Source: Bacillota bacterium (GTDB taxonomy: Bacteria; Bacillota_I; Bacilli_A; ML615J-28; CAG-698). From it: 49,610 nt of DNA. Both the position numbers and the translations under genes were made by a program. Positions 36,926 through 46,390 of the stretch are shown here, piece after piece. The stretch spans positions 1-49,610 of the forward strand of contig JAEZSA010000064.1 in assembly GCA_023422115.1 (NCBI GenBank), written 5' to 3'. Below the pieces are notes generated by a model. It did not search any database and was not told where the DNA came from. It saw nothing but the letters and a program-made list of their open reading frames with translations. How positions within the stretch are numbered: position 1 is the first letter of the stretch; every line of letters starts with the position of its first letter.

Positions 36926-37567
36926 TCACCTAATTTTACCCTTGTTGATTGCTTTGTGATTTATAAAAAATAAACCAATACTAATGAGAATAAATCCACC
37001 AAGTATAAAGAACTTATCCACTTGAAAAATGTATAGTAGGTAAGCAATAAGAAAGATACCTACTAAAACAGTAATATAAATGTGAATTCCAACTCGTTTG
37101 ATTCCACACCAAAAGCCAATCATATTAATCATAAAAAACAGTAAGATTAATATCATGTTTTTTGTATCAAAAATGGTTTCCAATAGACTTTGTTTTTGAT
37201 TGATTCCCATAAAATCCAGGATGATAAAATCTAGGATGATATAGAATAAATACATTCCTATCAGCCAAGAAAAAACTTGAATCATTCTTAGTAAATAATC
37301 ATGAAATATTTTTTTGCGCGTAATTCCAAACGATGTCTGCCGTTTTATCTGTCTATTGCTTGTGGAGAAAGAGAATAAAGCACCACCTATAATCGAACTA
37401 TATAATAATGCTGTTACAAATTGGTCTTTCATAGTGATCAAATCTTTGTTTTTCTCTCCATTGATGAAGAATAAAGTGACCCCTAATAAAATAGTAAGTA
37501 TAATTCCTAGTATCACTTTGAGGATTAAAGGGCGAACAGAAAAATTTTTTATCTTTTTATTTTCCAT
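36926..37567 (-). CDS. polytopic membrane protein, ABC-2-permease-like
   Basis: About six hydrophobic helices. ATG 37567 (MENKKIKNF) overlaps the upstream gene by 11 nt. Ends 4 nt before the LtaS-like start. No confident family call. Confidence 0.5.
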   Translation of the reverse strand: MENKKIKNFSVRPLILKVILGIILTILLGVTLFFINGEKNKDLITMKDQFVTALLYSSIIGGALFSFSTSNRQIKRQTSFGITRKKIFHDYLLRMIQVFSWLIGMYLFYIILDFIILDFMGINQKQSLLETIFDTKNMILILLFFMINMIGFWCGIKRVGIHIYITVLVGIFLIAYLLYIFQVDKFFILGGFILISIGLFFINHKAINKGKIR

Positions 37568-38384
37568 CATAATCACCAAAATAATCTTCTAATTCGTAAA
37601 AAGAGAATTTTTCGTGTTTGATTTTAAAATTATTAAATTTTTTTATTTCCTCTTTTGAATATTTATTCAAACAAATAACCATATTGCTTTCATTTATACG
37701 AAATAATTTATCGTGCAAATAAATGTTATCTTCAATTAATAAGAAACTATCCTTCCTTGGGTCTATGATCACATAGGTCTCATACTCTGTAAATATCAGC
37801 ACTCGATCAAGTTTGTCTTTGAATCTTTTAATCTTATCGAGCCCAAGAATGATTCCTTCATAATTACCCTTGTATGTTAGACTTTGAATAACCAATTCTA
37901 AAATTTTTATGTTTTGCAAATAAATCGTAGGATTATTTATCGTAACGAAAGGCTTATTAAGTGCTTTAAAAAAAGCAAAATTAATCATCGAATTCCCACA
38001 TTCAGTAAAGATATAGTCTGTATCAACAATAGTTTCCATTCTTATTCCCATCGTTTGTACATAGGTATTGAAAATCTTTGGGTTAAAAGATATGTTATAT
38101 TTATTTGTTAGAGTCTCCTCTATTACCTTTATATTCATTGTTTTAAAATATGTTTCTTTAAAATCAAGATAAATTCTTTGTTTAAAGAAATCTTCATTAT
38201 CAAAAATATCCTTGTTTTCATATAAACAAGTCCCATTATTTGGATTAATTCCGTTAATCAACAAGAAGAACTCCTCGCTTTTTTTAGGATCTCGAGAATA
38301 TACTGCAAAGATTTCTTTTTTATTTAAAGAAACAGTGATTTCCATATTCTTAAATTGTAAGTTTCGAATGCTTATATATTCCAT
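37557..38384 (-). CDS. ABC-ATPase-like protein with degenerate nucleotide-binding motifs
   Basis: Collinear with ABC NBDs (ISIRNLQFKNMEITVSLNKKEIFAV...). The Walker A position reads SRDPKKSE, the signature position TECGN, the Walker B position FVTINNPT and the H-loop position GLD. AAGGTGA RBS before ATG 38384. Confidence 0.5.
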   Translation of the reverse strand: MEYISIRNLQFKNMEITVSLNKKEIFAVYSRDPKKSEEFFLLINGINPNNGTCLYENKDIFDNEDFFKQRIYLDFKETYFKTMNIKVIEETLTNKYNISFNPKIFNTYVQTMGIRMETIVDTDYIFTECGNSMINFAFFKALNKPFVTINNPTIYLQNIKILELVIQSLTYKGNYEGIILGLDKIKRFKDKLDRVLIFTEYETYVIIDPRKDSFLLIEDNIYLHDKLFRINESNMVICLNKYSKEEIKKFNNFKIKHEKFSFYELEDYFGDYDGK

Positions 38385-38494
38385 AGCGATAATCACCTTG
38401 AGTTATTATATCAAATCTTTCATGAAAAATAAAGCCTTAGAGATACTCTCAAATAAAAAACAGTTTTCTTGTATAAGATAACTGTGCTTTTTAT

Positions 38495-39598
38495 TTATTG
38501 TAAAGTTGAACTATTATTTATTATCATTGTACTATATAAAAATAAAATGTCGCTTCCTACTTTGAATTCAATCTGTTCTTTCACATTCTCAAAACTAGTA
38601 TAACGCAAATCAATCAAGTGTATTTTTTTATACCCTTCAATGAAAAATGGTGCAATGCTACTACCGAATGAATCACGGAAAAGATATAATTCTTTCTCAT
38701 TCGTACTAGCTACATTTTCAATTGTTAGTAAAGGAACCGCTCCTTCTAAATAAACATCATATCCATCAATATGATGAATGTGTTCTTTATTATATACTGT
38801 TGTGTATTCAGAAGTATAGTAATTATAGACTTTTGCTCGATTAATTATTTCATTTGTTAGGTATACCAGTTCATCCGGATTAATTTTATAGGGAGCTTGG
38901 CCATAATAGCTTCCATAAAAAGGTGTCAACTTATTAATCTGATAACTATCTAAATTCGTATTTAAATTACTATTCATACTTTGTGCGATTAGCTTTACAA
39001 CATCAAGAATTTTGTCTTGTTGCCAATGAATATCTGTGCGATAGAAATATTCTCCTTTTAAAAGTGGAAATAAATTGATATATTCCGCGCTAGTAATATT
39101 TTCTTGTAATAATGCTAGCATTTTAGGGTAGTCAAGTGATAAAACTCCACCATTTTGCGCTCCAAAATAATTTTTATCAGGAATAATTGCATAATATATA
39201 GATAACTTTTCTTGATATTCTTTAGAAATTTGTTCAATTTTTTGGGCGATATTGATTACTGACTTTTCATTTAGCGGATATTCTATTTTATATAGACTAT
39301 CGTTGATAACATAAATCCCATTTACTTCTTTTTGATTGAATAAGTTTAGTCGCATAAAAGAATTTATCTTTCTAAAAAAATCACGAAAAACAAATTGATC
39401 AAGAAAATAAATTTCTAAATCTTCAAAATAATCTCCATTTGCAATCTCGGATATTTTTATTGAAGGTAGCTGAGCTAATTTTCTTCTTTCGCTAAAAGAA
39501 AATTCTTTATCCGGCAAAGCAATGTTTGAGATCATCACCACGACTGAAATACCAATCAGTAAGAATACTGTTATAAATTTTAAAATTGTTTTTTGCAT
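38495..39598 (-). CDS. DHHW-family / AlgJ-AlgX-like extracytoplasmic acyltransferase partner
   Basis: Single N-terminal TM helix, SERRKLA near the N-terminus, TDIHW motif (DxHW) and RDSFGSS motif, immediately downstream of an MBOAT gene. Confidence 0.72.
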   Translation of the reverse strand: MQKTILKFITVFLLIGISVVVMISNIALPDKEFSFSERRKLAQLPSIKISEIANGDYFEDLEIYFLDQFVFRDFFRKINSFMRLNLFNQKEVNGIYVINDSLYKIEYPLNEKSVINIAQKIEQISKEYQEKLSIYYAIIPDKNYFGAQNGGVLSLDYPKMLALLQENITSAEYINLFPLLKGEYFYRTDIHWQQDKILDVVKLIAQSMNSNLNTNLDSYQINKLTPFYGSYYGQAPYKINPDELVYLTNEIINRAKVYNYYTSEYTTVYNKEHIHHIDGYDVYLEGAVPLLTIENVASTNEKELYLFRDSFGSSIAPFFIEGYKKIHLIDLRYTSFENVKEQIEFKVGSDILFLYSTMIINNSSTLQ

Positions 39599-39606
39599 AA
39601 GAACCT

Positions 39607-41010
39607 CTAAAAGCGAAAATACAAGAAAGGATTAAACGAACCGCTAATTAAACATCCCGTTACAAGAAGTAAAAGTGACACTAATAATATAGGTTCTATT
39701 GCTTGTATTATCTTGAATCCATTTTTCTTTTTTCTCAATTTAACCATTAATTGTCTGATCAATGGTGTAGACCCTACTATTGCCACTATTATAATAACAA
39801 AATAGTTACGAAGATAATAAATCGTTTCTGAATTAATAAGCGGTATCTCTAAACCACCAAACAACCCAGATAAATTGTAGAAGACTTCTTGTAAACTATT
39901 CGCATTAAAAATAACAAATCCGATTAGTACAAAGAATAAAAGATATAAATGGTGGAATATTTTAGGGATTTTATTTAGTAATTTAACGATGAATAATTTT
40001 TCAAATATTAATAAAGCGCCAAAATAAACACCCCAAAGAATAAAATTCCATTCTGCTCCATGCCAAAATCCTGTTAGTAGCCAGACAATCAAAATATTTC
40101 TTACCCACTTTATTAGATTAACACGACTTCCTCCCATAGGAATGTACACATAATCACGAAACCAAGTAGAAAGAGAAATGTGCCAACGACGCCAAAATTC
40201 AGTAATGCTCTTGGCTATATAAGGGTAGTTAAAATTCTCTTGGAAATCAAATCCAAAAAGACGACCCAATCCTATTGCCATATCGCTATACCCAGAAAAA
40301 TCAAAATAAATCTGCAGCATAAAACTAACTGCCATCAACCAATATAAAACCACTGATTTATCACTTGAATCGGCAAATAGTACACCAACTTCTGCTAGGG
40401 TGTTGGCAATAATAACTTTTTTTGCCAGTCCAAGAACAAATCTTTTGCTACCTGAATAAATTTTTTCCCTATTGATGCTTCGATTTGATAATTGTTCTTC
40501 AATATCGATATATCTAACGATTGGTCCAGCAATTAATTGAGGAAACAATGCCACATACGTTGCAAATTTAAGAAAACTTTTTTGTACTTGAGCTTGCCCA
40601 CGATAAACATCGATGGTGTAACTTAAAATTTGGAATGTATAAAAGCTAATTCCTATTGGTAATGCAAGATGTAGTAAACCCCATTCACTATTTATTAAAT
40701 CATTAATATTCTTGATAAAGAAATCAGCATATTTAAAAAAGCCGAGAATTCCTACACCACATATGATTGAAGAAATTAATGCTATTTTTGCTTTTTTAGT
40801 TCCGCGAAACTTATCAATTAAAAGCCCATGAATAAATCCTAATAGTGATGAAACAATCATTAATATACTATAAATAGGTTCCCCAACAAAATAAAAAATT
40901 AAGCTTGCTACTAGCAAGACGAAATTTTTCCCTTTGTTAGGAACTATAAAGTATATGATTAAAACGATAGGCAAAAAATAATATAAGAAACTGATACTAG
41001 AAAAAAGCAT
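39607..41010 (-). CDS. MBOAT family membrane-bound O-acyltransferase (AlgI/DltB/PatA-like)
   Basis: Polytopic, with FWRRWHISLSTWFRDYVYIPMGGSR and the conserved His in GFWHGA. Confidence 0.9.
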   Translation of the reverse strand: MLFSSISFLYYFLPIVLIIYFIVPNKGKNFVLLVASLIFYFVGEPIYSILMIVSSLLGFIHGLLIDKFRGTKKAKIALISSIICGVGILGFFKYADFFIKNINDLINSEWGLLHLALPIGISFYTFQILSYTIDVYRGQAQVQKSFLKFATYVALFPQLIAGPIVRYIDIEEQLSNRSINREKIYSGSKRFVLGLAKKVIIANTLAEVGVLFADSSDKSVVLYWLMAVSFMLQIYFDFSGYSDMAIGLGRLFGFDFQENFNYPYIAKSITEFWRRWHISLSTWFRDYVYIPMGGSRVNLIKWVRNILIVWLLTGFWHGAEWNFILWGVYFGALLIFEKLFIVKLLNKIPKIFHHLYLLFFVLIGFVIFNANSLQEVFYNLSGLFGGLEIPLINSETIYYLRNYFVIIIVAIVGSTPLIRQLMVKLRKKKNGFKIIQAIEPILLVSLLLLVTGCLISGSFNPFLYFRF

Positions 41011-41025
41011 ATTGTTTCCCTAGTG

Positions 41026-41511
41026 TTATTTATTATCTTTTAAGCTCAAGAAAGCATCATGAATTGCTTCCCCTTCGTTATTTGACATGATTAGAATAAT
41101 AACGTCACCTATATGATCAACAATGATCTTTTCTTTATCTACTCCCACGCATATCCATTTAAATGGATTAACATTATCTAATATATCCTTTTTCGCTTGT
41201 TCAATATCAACATCTTCTTTTACTCTAACTAAACAAACAGAATAAGCAGATGTGCTCCATGTTGATTCAGAAGCAATAGCTTCTTCAAAATCAACTTCAG
41301 TTCCTAAAAAATAAGTTACATTTTCATTATTAATTTCTTTAACAATCAATTCGGGAATCATATATTCTTTGAAATCATCAGAGTATTCCCCTTTTTCATA
41401 AATTTCTTTTAGGATGTCTTCCAATGAGCCATCTAATTTTTCTTCTTTTACGCATCCACTCAACCCTAATAACATTAAAAATCCAATCAATAAAAACATC
41501 ATTTTTTTCAT
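41026..41511 (-). CDS. DUF4358-like small lipoprotein
   Basis: Signal peptide with lipobox LGLSGC, plus the pattern SAYSVCLVRVKEDVDIEQAK...KWICVGVD...IGDVIILIM recalled from DUF4358 proteins that accompany MBOAT/DHHW pairs in Clostridia. Confidence 0.6.
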   Translation of the reverse strand: MKKMMFLLIGFLMLLGLSGCVKEEKLDGSLEDILKEIYEKGEYSDDFKEYMIPELIVKEINNENVTYFLGTEVDFEEAIASESTWSTSAYSVCLVRVKEDVDIEQAKKDILDNVNPFKWICVGVDKEKIIVDHIGDVIILIMSNNEGEAIHDAFLSLKDNK

Positions 41512-41591
41512 AAATATTCTCCTTGTTTAAAATGTTTGTTACTTTCATAACTACTCTTTTAAACAAAGTTGAACTTGTTTTTTCCAATATT

Positions 41592-41624
41592 TATTTAAAA
41601 AAGATCTATCTTACCCGATAGATC
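41592..41624 (-). terminator. intrinsic terminator of the suf operon
   Basis: 8-bp stem GATCTATC / GATAGATC (41603-41624) overlapping the sufB stop codon, followed on the minus strand by TTTTTTAAAT. Confidence 0.75.
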
Positions 41625-43026
41625 CTGTCATTTCTAGTTTGATTAATTGATTTAATTCCACGGCATATTCCATTGGCAATTCCTTAGAAAAAGGTTCAAT
41701 AAAACCCATAACAATCATTTCCAATGCTTGTGCTTCTGTTAATCCACGGCTCATTAAATAAAACAATTGGTCTTCACTTACTTTTGATACTGTTGCTTCG
41801 TGTTCTATTCTTGCTTTTTGGTTTTGAACAAAGTTAAATGGAATCGTATCGCTTCGAGATAGGTTATCAAGAATAATGGTATCACATTCCACATGGCTAC
41901 GAGCATTGATTGCTTTGGGGCCATGACGAACAGTACCGCGATAATTTACTTCTCCTCCTCCTCTACAAATTGATTTTGATATGATTGTACTCATAGTATT
42001 TGGAGCTAGGTGAATCATCTTTGCACCCGTGTCTTGAATTTGTCCTTTTCCAGCGAAAGCAATAGAAATTGTTGTTCCTTTTGCTCCTTCACCGTTTAGA
42101 ATACAAGCAGGGTACTTCATATTGATTCCAGAGCCAATGTTCCCATCGATCCATTCCATATGAGCATAACTAGAACAAATAGCTCTTTTTGTAACTAAAT
42201 TAACAATATTATTTGACCAGTTTTGAACTGTTGAATAGCGACAATATCCTCTATCTTTCACATAAATCTCTACAACAGCAGCATGAAGAGAATCTCTTGA
42301 ATAAATAGGAGCTGTACATCCTTCCACATAATTTAAGCTTGCTTCTTCATCTACTATAATTAGTGTTCGCTCAAATTGACCCATTTGCTCTGTGTTGATT
42401 CTAAAGTATGATTGCAATGGCTTTTCTATTTTTACTCCTTTAGGAATATAAATAAAAGAACCTCCACTCCAAACAGCAGTATTTAATGCTGCATATTTAT
42501 TATCGCTATATGGAACTACTTTCGCAAAATATTCCTTTACAATCTCTGGATATTTCTTAACTGCAGTATCCGTGTCACAAAATAAAACTCCTTGTTTTTC
42601 AAGTTCTTCTAATGTGTTGTGATAAACTACTTCAGACTCAAATTGACCAGATAATCCTCCTAAATATTTTCTTTCTGATTCAGGAATCCCTAATTTATCA
42701 AACGTTTCTTTGATTTCTTCGGGAACATCTTCCCAACTTTTTTCCACTCTATCACTTGATTTAATATAATAAATATATTGATTAAAATCAAGAAAATCAA
42801 GATTAGGCCCAAATTTAGGTTGCGGCATTTCAACAAACTTTTGATATGCTTTTACACGAATATCTCTCATCCATTCCGGTTCATTCTTAAATTTTGATAT
42901 GTTTAAAACAACTTCTAAATTTAGTCCCTTCCCCGTACTATAAACCTCTTTTACTTCTGTTTTGAATCCATATTTATAGTCACCAACAATATGATCAATT
43001 TTTTCATTCTTCATCTTCTTCACCAT
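41611..43026 (-). CDS. sufB: Fe-S cluster assembly scaffold SufB
   Basis: Typical SufB sequence (DYKYGF, beta-helix core, C-terminal LMSRGL.EAQA...V.GF). The start is ATG 43026 or 43014, both inside the sufU 3' end. Confidence 0.95.
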   Translation of the reverse strand: MVKKMKNEKIDHIVGDYKYGFKTEVKEVYSTGKGLNLEVVLNISKFKNEPEWMRDIRVKAYQKFVEMPQPKFGPNLDFLDFNQYIYYIKSSDRVEKSWEDVPEEIKETFDKLGIPESERKYLGGLSGQFESEVVYHNTLEELEKQGVLFCDTDTAVKKYPEIVKEYFAKVVPYSDNKYAALNTAVWSGGSFIYIPKGVKIEKPLQSYFRINTEQMGQFERTLIIVDEEASLNYVEGCTAPIYSRDSLHAAVVEIYVKDRGYCRYSTVQNWSNNIVNLVTKRAICSSYAHMEWIDGNIGSGINMKYPACILNGEGAKGTTISIAFAGKGQIQDTGAKMIHLAPNTMSTIISKSICRGGGEVNYRGTVRHGPKAINARSHVECDTIILDNLSRSDTIPFNFVQNQKARIEHEATVSKVSEDQLFYLMSRGLTEAQALEMIVMGFIEPFSKELPMEYAVELNQLIKLEMTGSIG

Positions 43027-43435
43027 TGATAACCTTTTCTAATGCTTTCCAAGCTACCGTAGCGCATTTTATTCTTGCTGGGAACTTAGAAACTCCTTCA
43101 TAAACCAAAGCTTCTTCCAGTTCTTCTTCATCAGTAATGGGTTCTCCTTTGATCATTTTCATATATTTTTGAATCAAAGCATTTGCTTCTTCCACTGTTT
43201 TTCCCTTTAAAACTTCAGACAATACACTAGCAGAAGAACAGCATATGGAACAACCCGTTCCTTGATGATTGATTTCTTTAATGATTCCATTCTCAATTTT
43301 TGCTTCTACTGTAATATCATCCCCACAAGAGGGATTTTTAATATGAACATGAGGATATCCTTTTAATCCTTTGTTTCTAGGATTTTTATAGTGATCCATA
43401 ATCACTTGTCGATATAAATTTTCTATATTATTCAT
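43004..43435 (-). CDS. sufU: SufU-type (zinc-dependent) sulfur-transfer protein
   Basis: [28 protein letters not shown] and CATVAW motifs. Ends with TGA. Confidence 0.9.
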   Translation of the reverse strand: MNNIENLYRQVIMDHYKNPRNKGLKGYPHVHIKNPSCGDDITVEAKIENGIIKEINHQGTGCSICCSSASVLSEVLKGKTVEEANALIQKYMKMIKGEPITDEEELEEALVYEGVSKFPARIKCATVAWKALEKVINGEEDEE

Positions 43436-44654
43436 GATGTTCACCTTCAAATTGTTGGAAGAACGCTACTGCTTCTTTTGTAACTGTAATTAATTTATCG
43501 GCATCTTTATAATCATTTGTCATACTAAATGATACTCTTAAAGTTCCATTTGTTTTAAGCCATTTCGTGATCAATTGAGCACAATGATGCCCTGCACGCA
43601 AAGCAATATGATCATTATCATACATTGTTGCTGCATCGTGTGGATGAACACCATCAATATTAAAGGAAATAATTGCAGTTTCAGCTGTTGGATTATACAC
43701 TGTTACTCCCCTTATTGCCATTAATCCTTTTAATGCATAATTTTTAACGGCCATGGTATGTTCATGAATTGCTTCTACTTTAATCGATTCCAACAAATCA
43801 ATCGCTTTTCCCAATCCAATTGCTTCTGCAATTGCTGGGGTTCCTGTTTCAAAGCGATAGGGAATATCTTTGATTACAACATTATCTAAGGATACTTCTT
43901 CATTCATATCACCACCATATAATAGTGGATTAAGTTTGTTTAGTGTTTTTTCTTTCCCATATAAAACACCAATTCCCGTCGGACCAAACATTTTATGACC
44001 GGAAAACGCTAAAAAATCCGCATCCATGTTCTTAACATCAATTTTTAAATGGGTTACTGCTTGTGCTGCATCAACAACAACGATTGCCTTATATTGATGA
44101 GCAAGTTCGATAATCTCTTGAATGGGAGTAATATACCCCATTACATTAGATACGTAGGTCAACGCTACTACTTTTACCTTTTCTGATAACACTCCTTTAA
44201 AAGCAGACAGGGTGATTCTTCCTTCTTTATCTAAGGGGATATATTTTAGTTGCGCTTTTTTTCTTTCACAAAGCTTCATCCATGGCAAAACAGAACTGTG
44301 ATGTTCTAATTCAGAAGTGATAACAATATCGTTTTCTTGAAGATATTTTTCACCATAGGTCAATGCTACTAAATTCAGCGCTTCTGAAGCGTTTCGTGTG
44401 AAGATAATTTCTTCAAACTTAGCATTAATAAAATTAGCCACTTTATTTCGCGCCATGTCATATTCATCAGAAGCTTTATAACTTAATTTGTAAACTCCTC
44501 TGTGAATATTAACACCATAATCAGCATAATATTCATTCATTTTATCGATGACCTGTTGTGGTTTTAGACTTGTTGCACACGAATCTAAATAGGTTAATTC
44601 AGGATTTTCTTTATATATCGGAAACATCCTTTTCATTTGATTTACATCTAACAT
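43428..44654 (-). CDS. sufS: cysteine desulfurase SufS (group II)
   Basis: PLP-lysine motif FSGHKMFGPTGIGVLYG and active-site loop RAGHHCAQ. AAGGTGA RBS before ATG 44654. Confidence 0.93.
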   Translation of the reverse strand: MLDVNQMKRMFPIYKENPELTYLDSCATSLKPQQVIDKMNEYYADYGVNIHRGVYKLSYKASDEYDMARNKVANFINAKFEEIIFTRNASEALNLVALTYGEKYLQENDIVITSELEHHSSVLPWMKLCERKKAQLKYIPLDKEGRITLSAFKGVLSEKVKVVALTYVSNVMGYITPIQEIIELAHQYKAIVVVDAAQAVTHLKIDVKNMDADFLAFSGHKMFGPTGIGVLYGKEKTLNKLNPLLYGGDMNEEVSLDNVVIKDIPYRFETGTPAIAEAIGLGKAIDLLESIKVEAIHEHTMAVKNYALKGLMAIRGVTVYNPTAETAIISFNIDGVHPHDAATMYDNDHIALRAGHHCAQLITKWLKTNGTLRVSFSMTNDYKDADKLITVTKEAVAFFQQFEGEHHE

Positions 44655-44666
44655 TCTAATCACCTT

Positions 44667-45560
44667 CTATATGTGTTTACTACTCCAATACTTAATATAG
44701 TCTTGAAATTTTTCATTCTTTACTTCTAATAAAAACGGATTAATGAATCCTTCAACAATCAGCGTTTCACTGGCCTCTTTGGTTAATCCACGACTCATTA
44801 AATAATATAGTTCGTCTTCATCAATTGCCCCGATAGAAGCACCATGAGAAGCCATACAATCATATTCATCAATTTGCAACTTAGGATTAGCACTAATCAT
44901 CGCTTCTAAATCCATTAGTAATCCTTTTACTTTTTGGGATAGATTTGTGTTTTTTGCTCCCTTTGTAATAATTCCATGTGTGTTAACATTTAATAATGAT
45001 TTTTTCTTGCAAATTGCATAATTAACCATCGTAGAAGTTGTATCAGGAACTTGGTGATATAAGTGGTATGTGAAGTCTTGTTTCTTTTCACTACTATTAA
45101 TGACTACATTAATACTATCATTCACAGCTCCTTCTCCATCCAAATAAATATATTGATTAGAAAAGATTTCACCATCAAATAACGCAATACTTTTATTGTT
45201 TATTCTTGCCCCTGTTCCTAAATGAATTCTAACGTTTGTTATGATTTTTTTATCATCATCATTCCGCTCAAAATTCAAATAATCTAGACAAGCATAATCA
45301 GCAATGTTGATGTTTGTCTGAATACTTACATCTTTTTTCACACTATAATAAATTTCTTCTATTTTTACTGATATTCCAGAAGCAATATCAAATCTGATTT
45401 CAATATCTTTATCAATAAAATGAATCACTTTTAAAGCCATACTTTTTTCTATCTTTAAATCGGTGATAGAAAGCGAACTATGAATAATTTCTCCATTTTC
45501 TAGGATAACAAAATTATCTTCTTTCTCTAAAACGTCATTTTGGATCTTTTCTAACTCCAT
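44667..45560 (-). CDS. sufD: Fe-S cluster assembly protein SufD (short form)
   Basis: SufBD beta-helix C-terminal pattern (ASHGASIGAIDEDELYYLMSRGL..EA..L.V.GF). AAGGAG RBS before ATG 45560. About 297 aa, shorter than typical SufD. Confidence 0.8.
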   Translation of the reverse strand: MELEKIQNDVLEKEDNFVILENGEIIHSSLSITDLKIEKSMALKVIHFIDKDIEIRFDIASGISVKIEEIYYSVKKDVSIQTNINIADYACLDYLNFERNDDDKKIITNVRIHLGTGARINNKSIALFDGEIFSNQYIYLDGEGAVNDSINVVINSSEKKQDFTYHLYHQVPDTTSTMVNYAICKKKSLLNVNTHGIITKGAKNTNLSQKVKGLLMDLEAMISANPKLQIDEYDCMASHGASIGAIDEDELYYLMSRGLTKEASETLIVEGFINPFLLEVKNEKFQDYIKYWSSKHI

Positions 45561-45564
45561 CTCT

Positions 45565-46389
45565 TTACTCCTTTGTGGTCTTAAAAGCACAAGATCCTAA
45601 TACCGCATGAGCTTTTTTATTCACAATTTCTTCATCTTCGATTCCAAGTTCAGTTTTAATCCAGTCATATCCTTCAGCATCAATTTTTGAAATTAATTCT
45701 TTCCCTCCTGATTTTACAATTTGTCCATTCATAATGATATGAACATAATCAACATCAAGATAATCCAATAATCTTTGATAATGGGTAATAATAATCGCTC
45801 CAAAATCATCACTACGCATGTTGTTGATGTTTTCTCCAACAATTCGTAAGGCATCCACATCAAGTCCTGAATCTATTTCATCCAAAATAGCAAAACTTGG
45901 TTTCAACATCTTCATTTGTAAGATTTCATTGCGTTTCTTTTCTCCACCAGAGAATCCTTCATTCAAATAACGATGCGGTAAATCTTTTCTCATTTTCAAA
46001 TCATCGACTGCTTTATCAAATTGCTTAATAAATTTGAATAAAGAGATATGTTCTCCTTCTGCAAGTCGCGCTTGCATTGCCGTTTTTATAAAATCAGAAT
46101 TTGTGATACCGCTAATTTCATTTGGATATTGCATTGCTAAAAAGATTCCTTTACGACTTCTTTCATCTACTGACATTTTCAGTAAATTTTCTTCATCTAA
46201 TGTAATCTCTCCTTCGGTTACTTGGTAACGATAATGCCCCATAATAACAGATGCTAATGTGCTTTTCCCTGTTCCGTTAGGTCCCATAATTGCATGAACT
46301 TCACCAGTTTTCACTTTTAGATTAATTCCTTTTAGTATTTCTTTTTCTTCAACTCGCGCATGTAAATTTTTTATTTCTAATGTTCTCAT
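45565..46389 (-). CDS. sufC: Fe-S cluster assembly ATPase SufC
   Basis: Walker A GPNGTGKST, signature FSGGEKKR, Walker B AILDEIDSGLD, H-loop ITHY. ATG 46389 (MRTLEIKNL) lies 1 nt after the apbE stop. Confidence 0.95.
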   Translation of the reverse strand: MRTLEIKNLHARVEEKEILKGINLKVKTGEVHAIMGPNGTGKSTLASVIMGHYRYQVTEGEITLDEENLLKMSVDERSRKGIFLAMQYPNEISGITNSDFIKTAMQARLAEGEHISLFKFIKQFDKAVDDLKMRKDLPHRYLNEGFSGGEKKRNEILQMKMLKPSFAILDEIDSGLDVDALRIVGENINNMRSDDFGAIIITHYQRLLDYLDVDYVHIIMNGQIVKSGGKELISKIDAEGYDWIKTELGIEDEEIVNKKAHAVLGSCAFKTTKE

Positions 46390-46390
46390 G

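Noticed and set aside
41396-41587. 63-aa minus-strand ORF overlapping the DUF4358 start and the sufB-DUF4358 spacer
   Set aside because: It is out of frame with the lipoprotein gene whose signal peptide and lipobox are convincing, and it has no RBS. Likely spurious.
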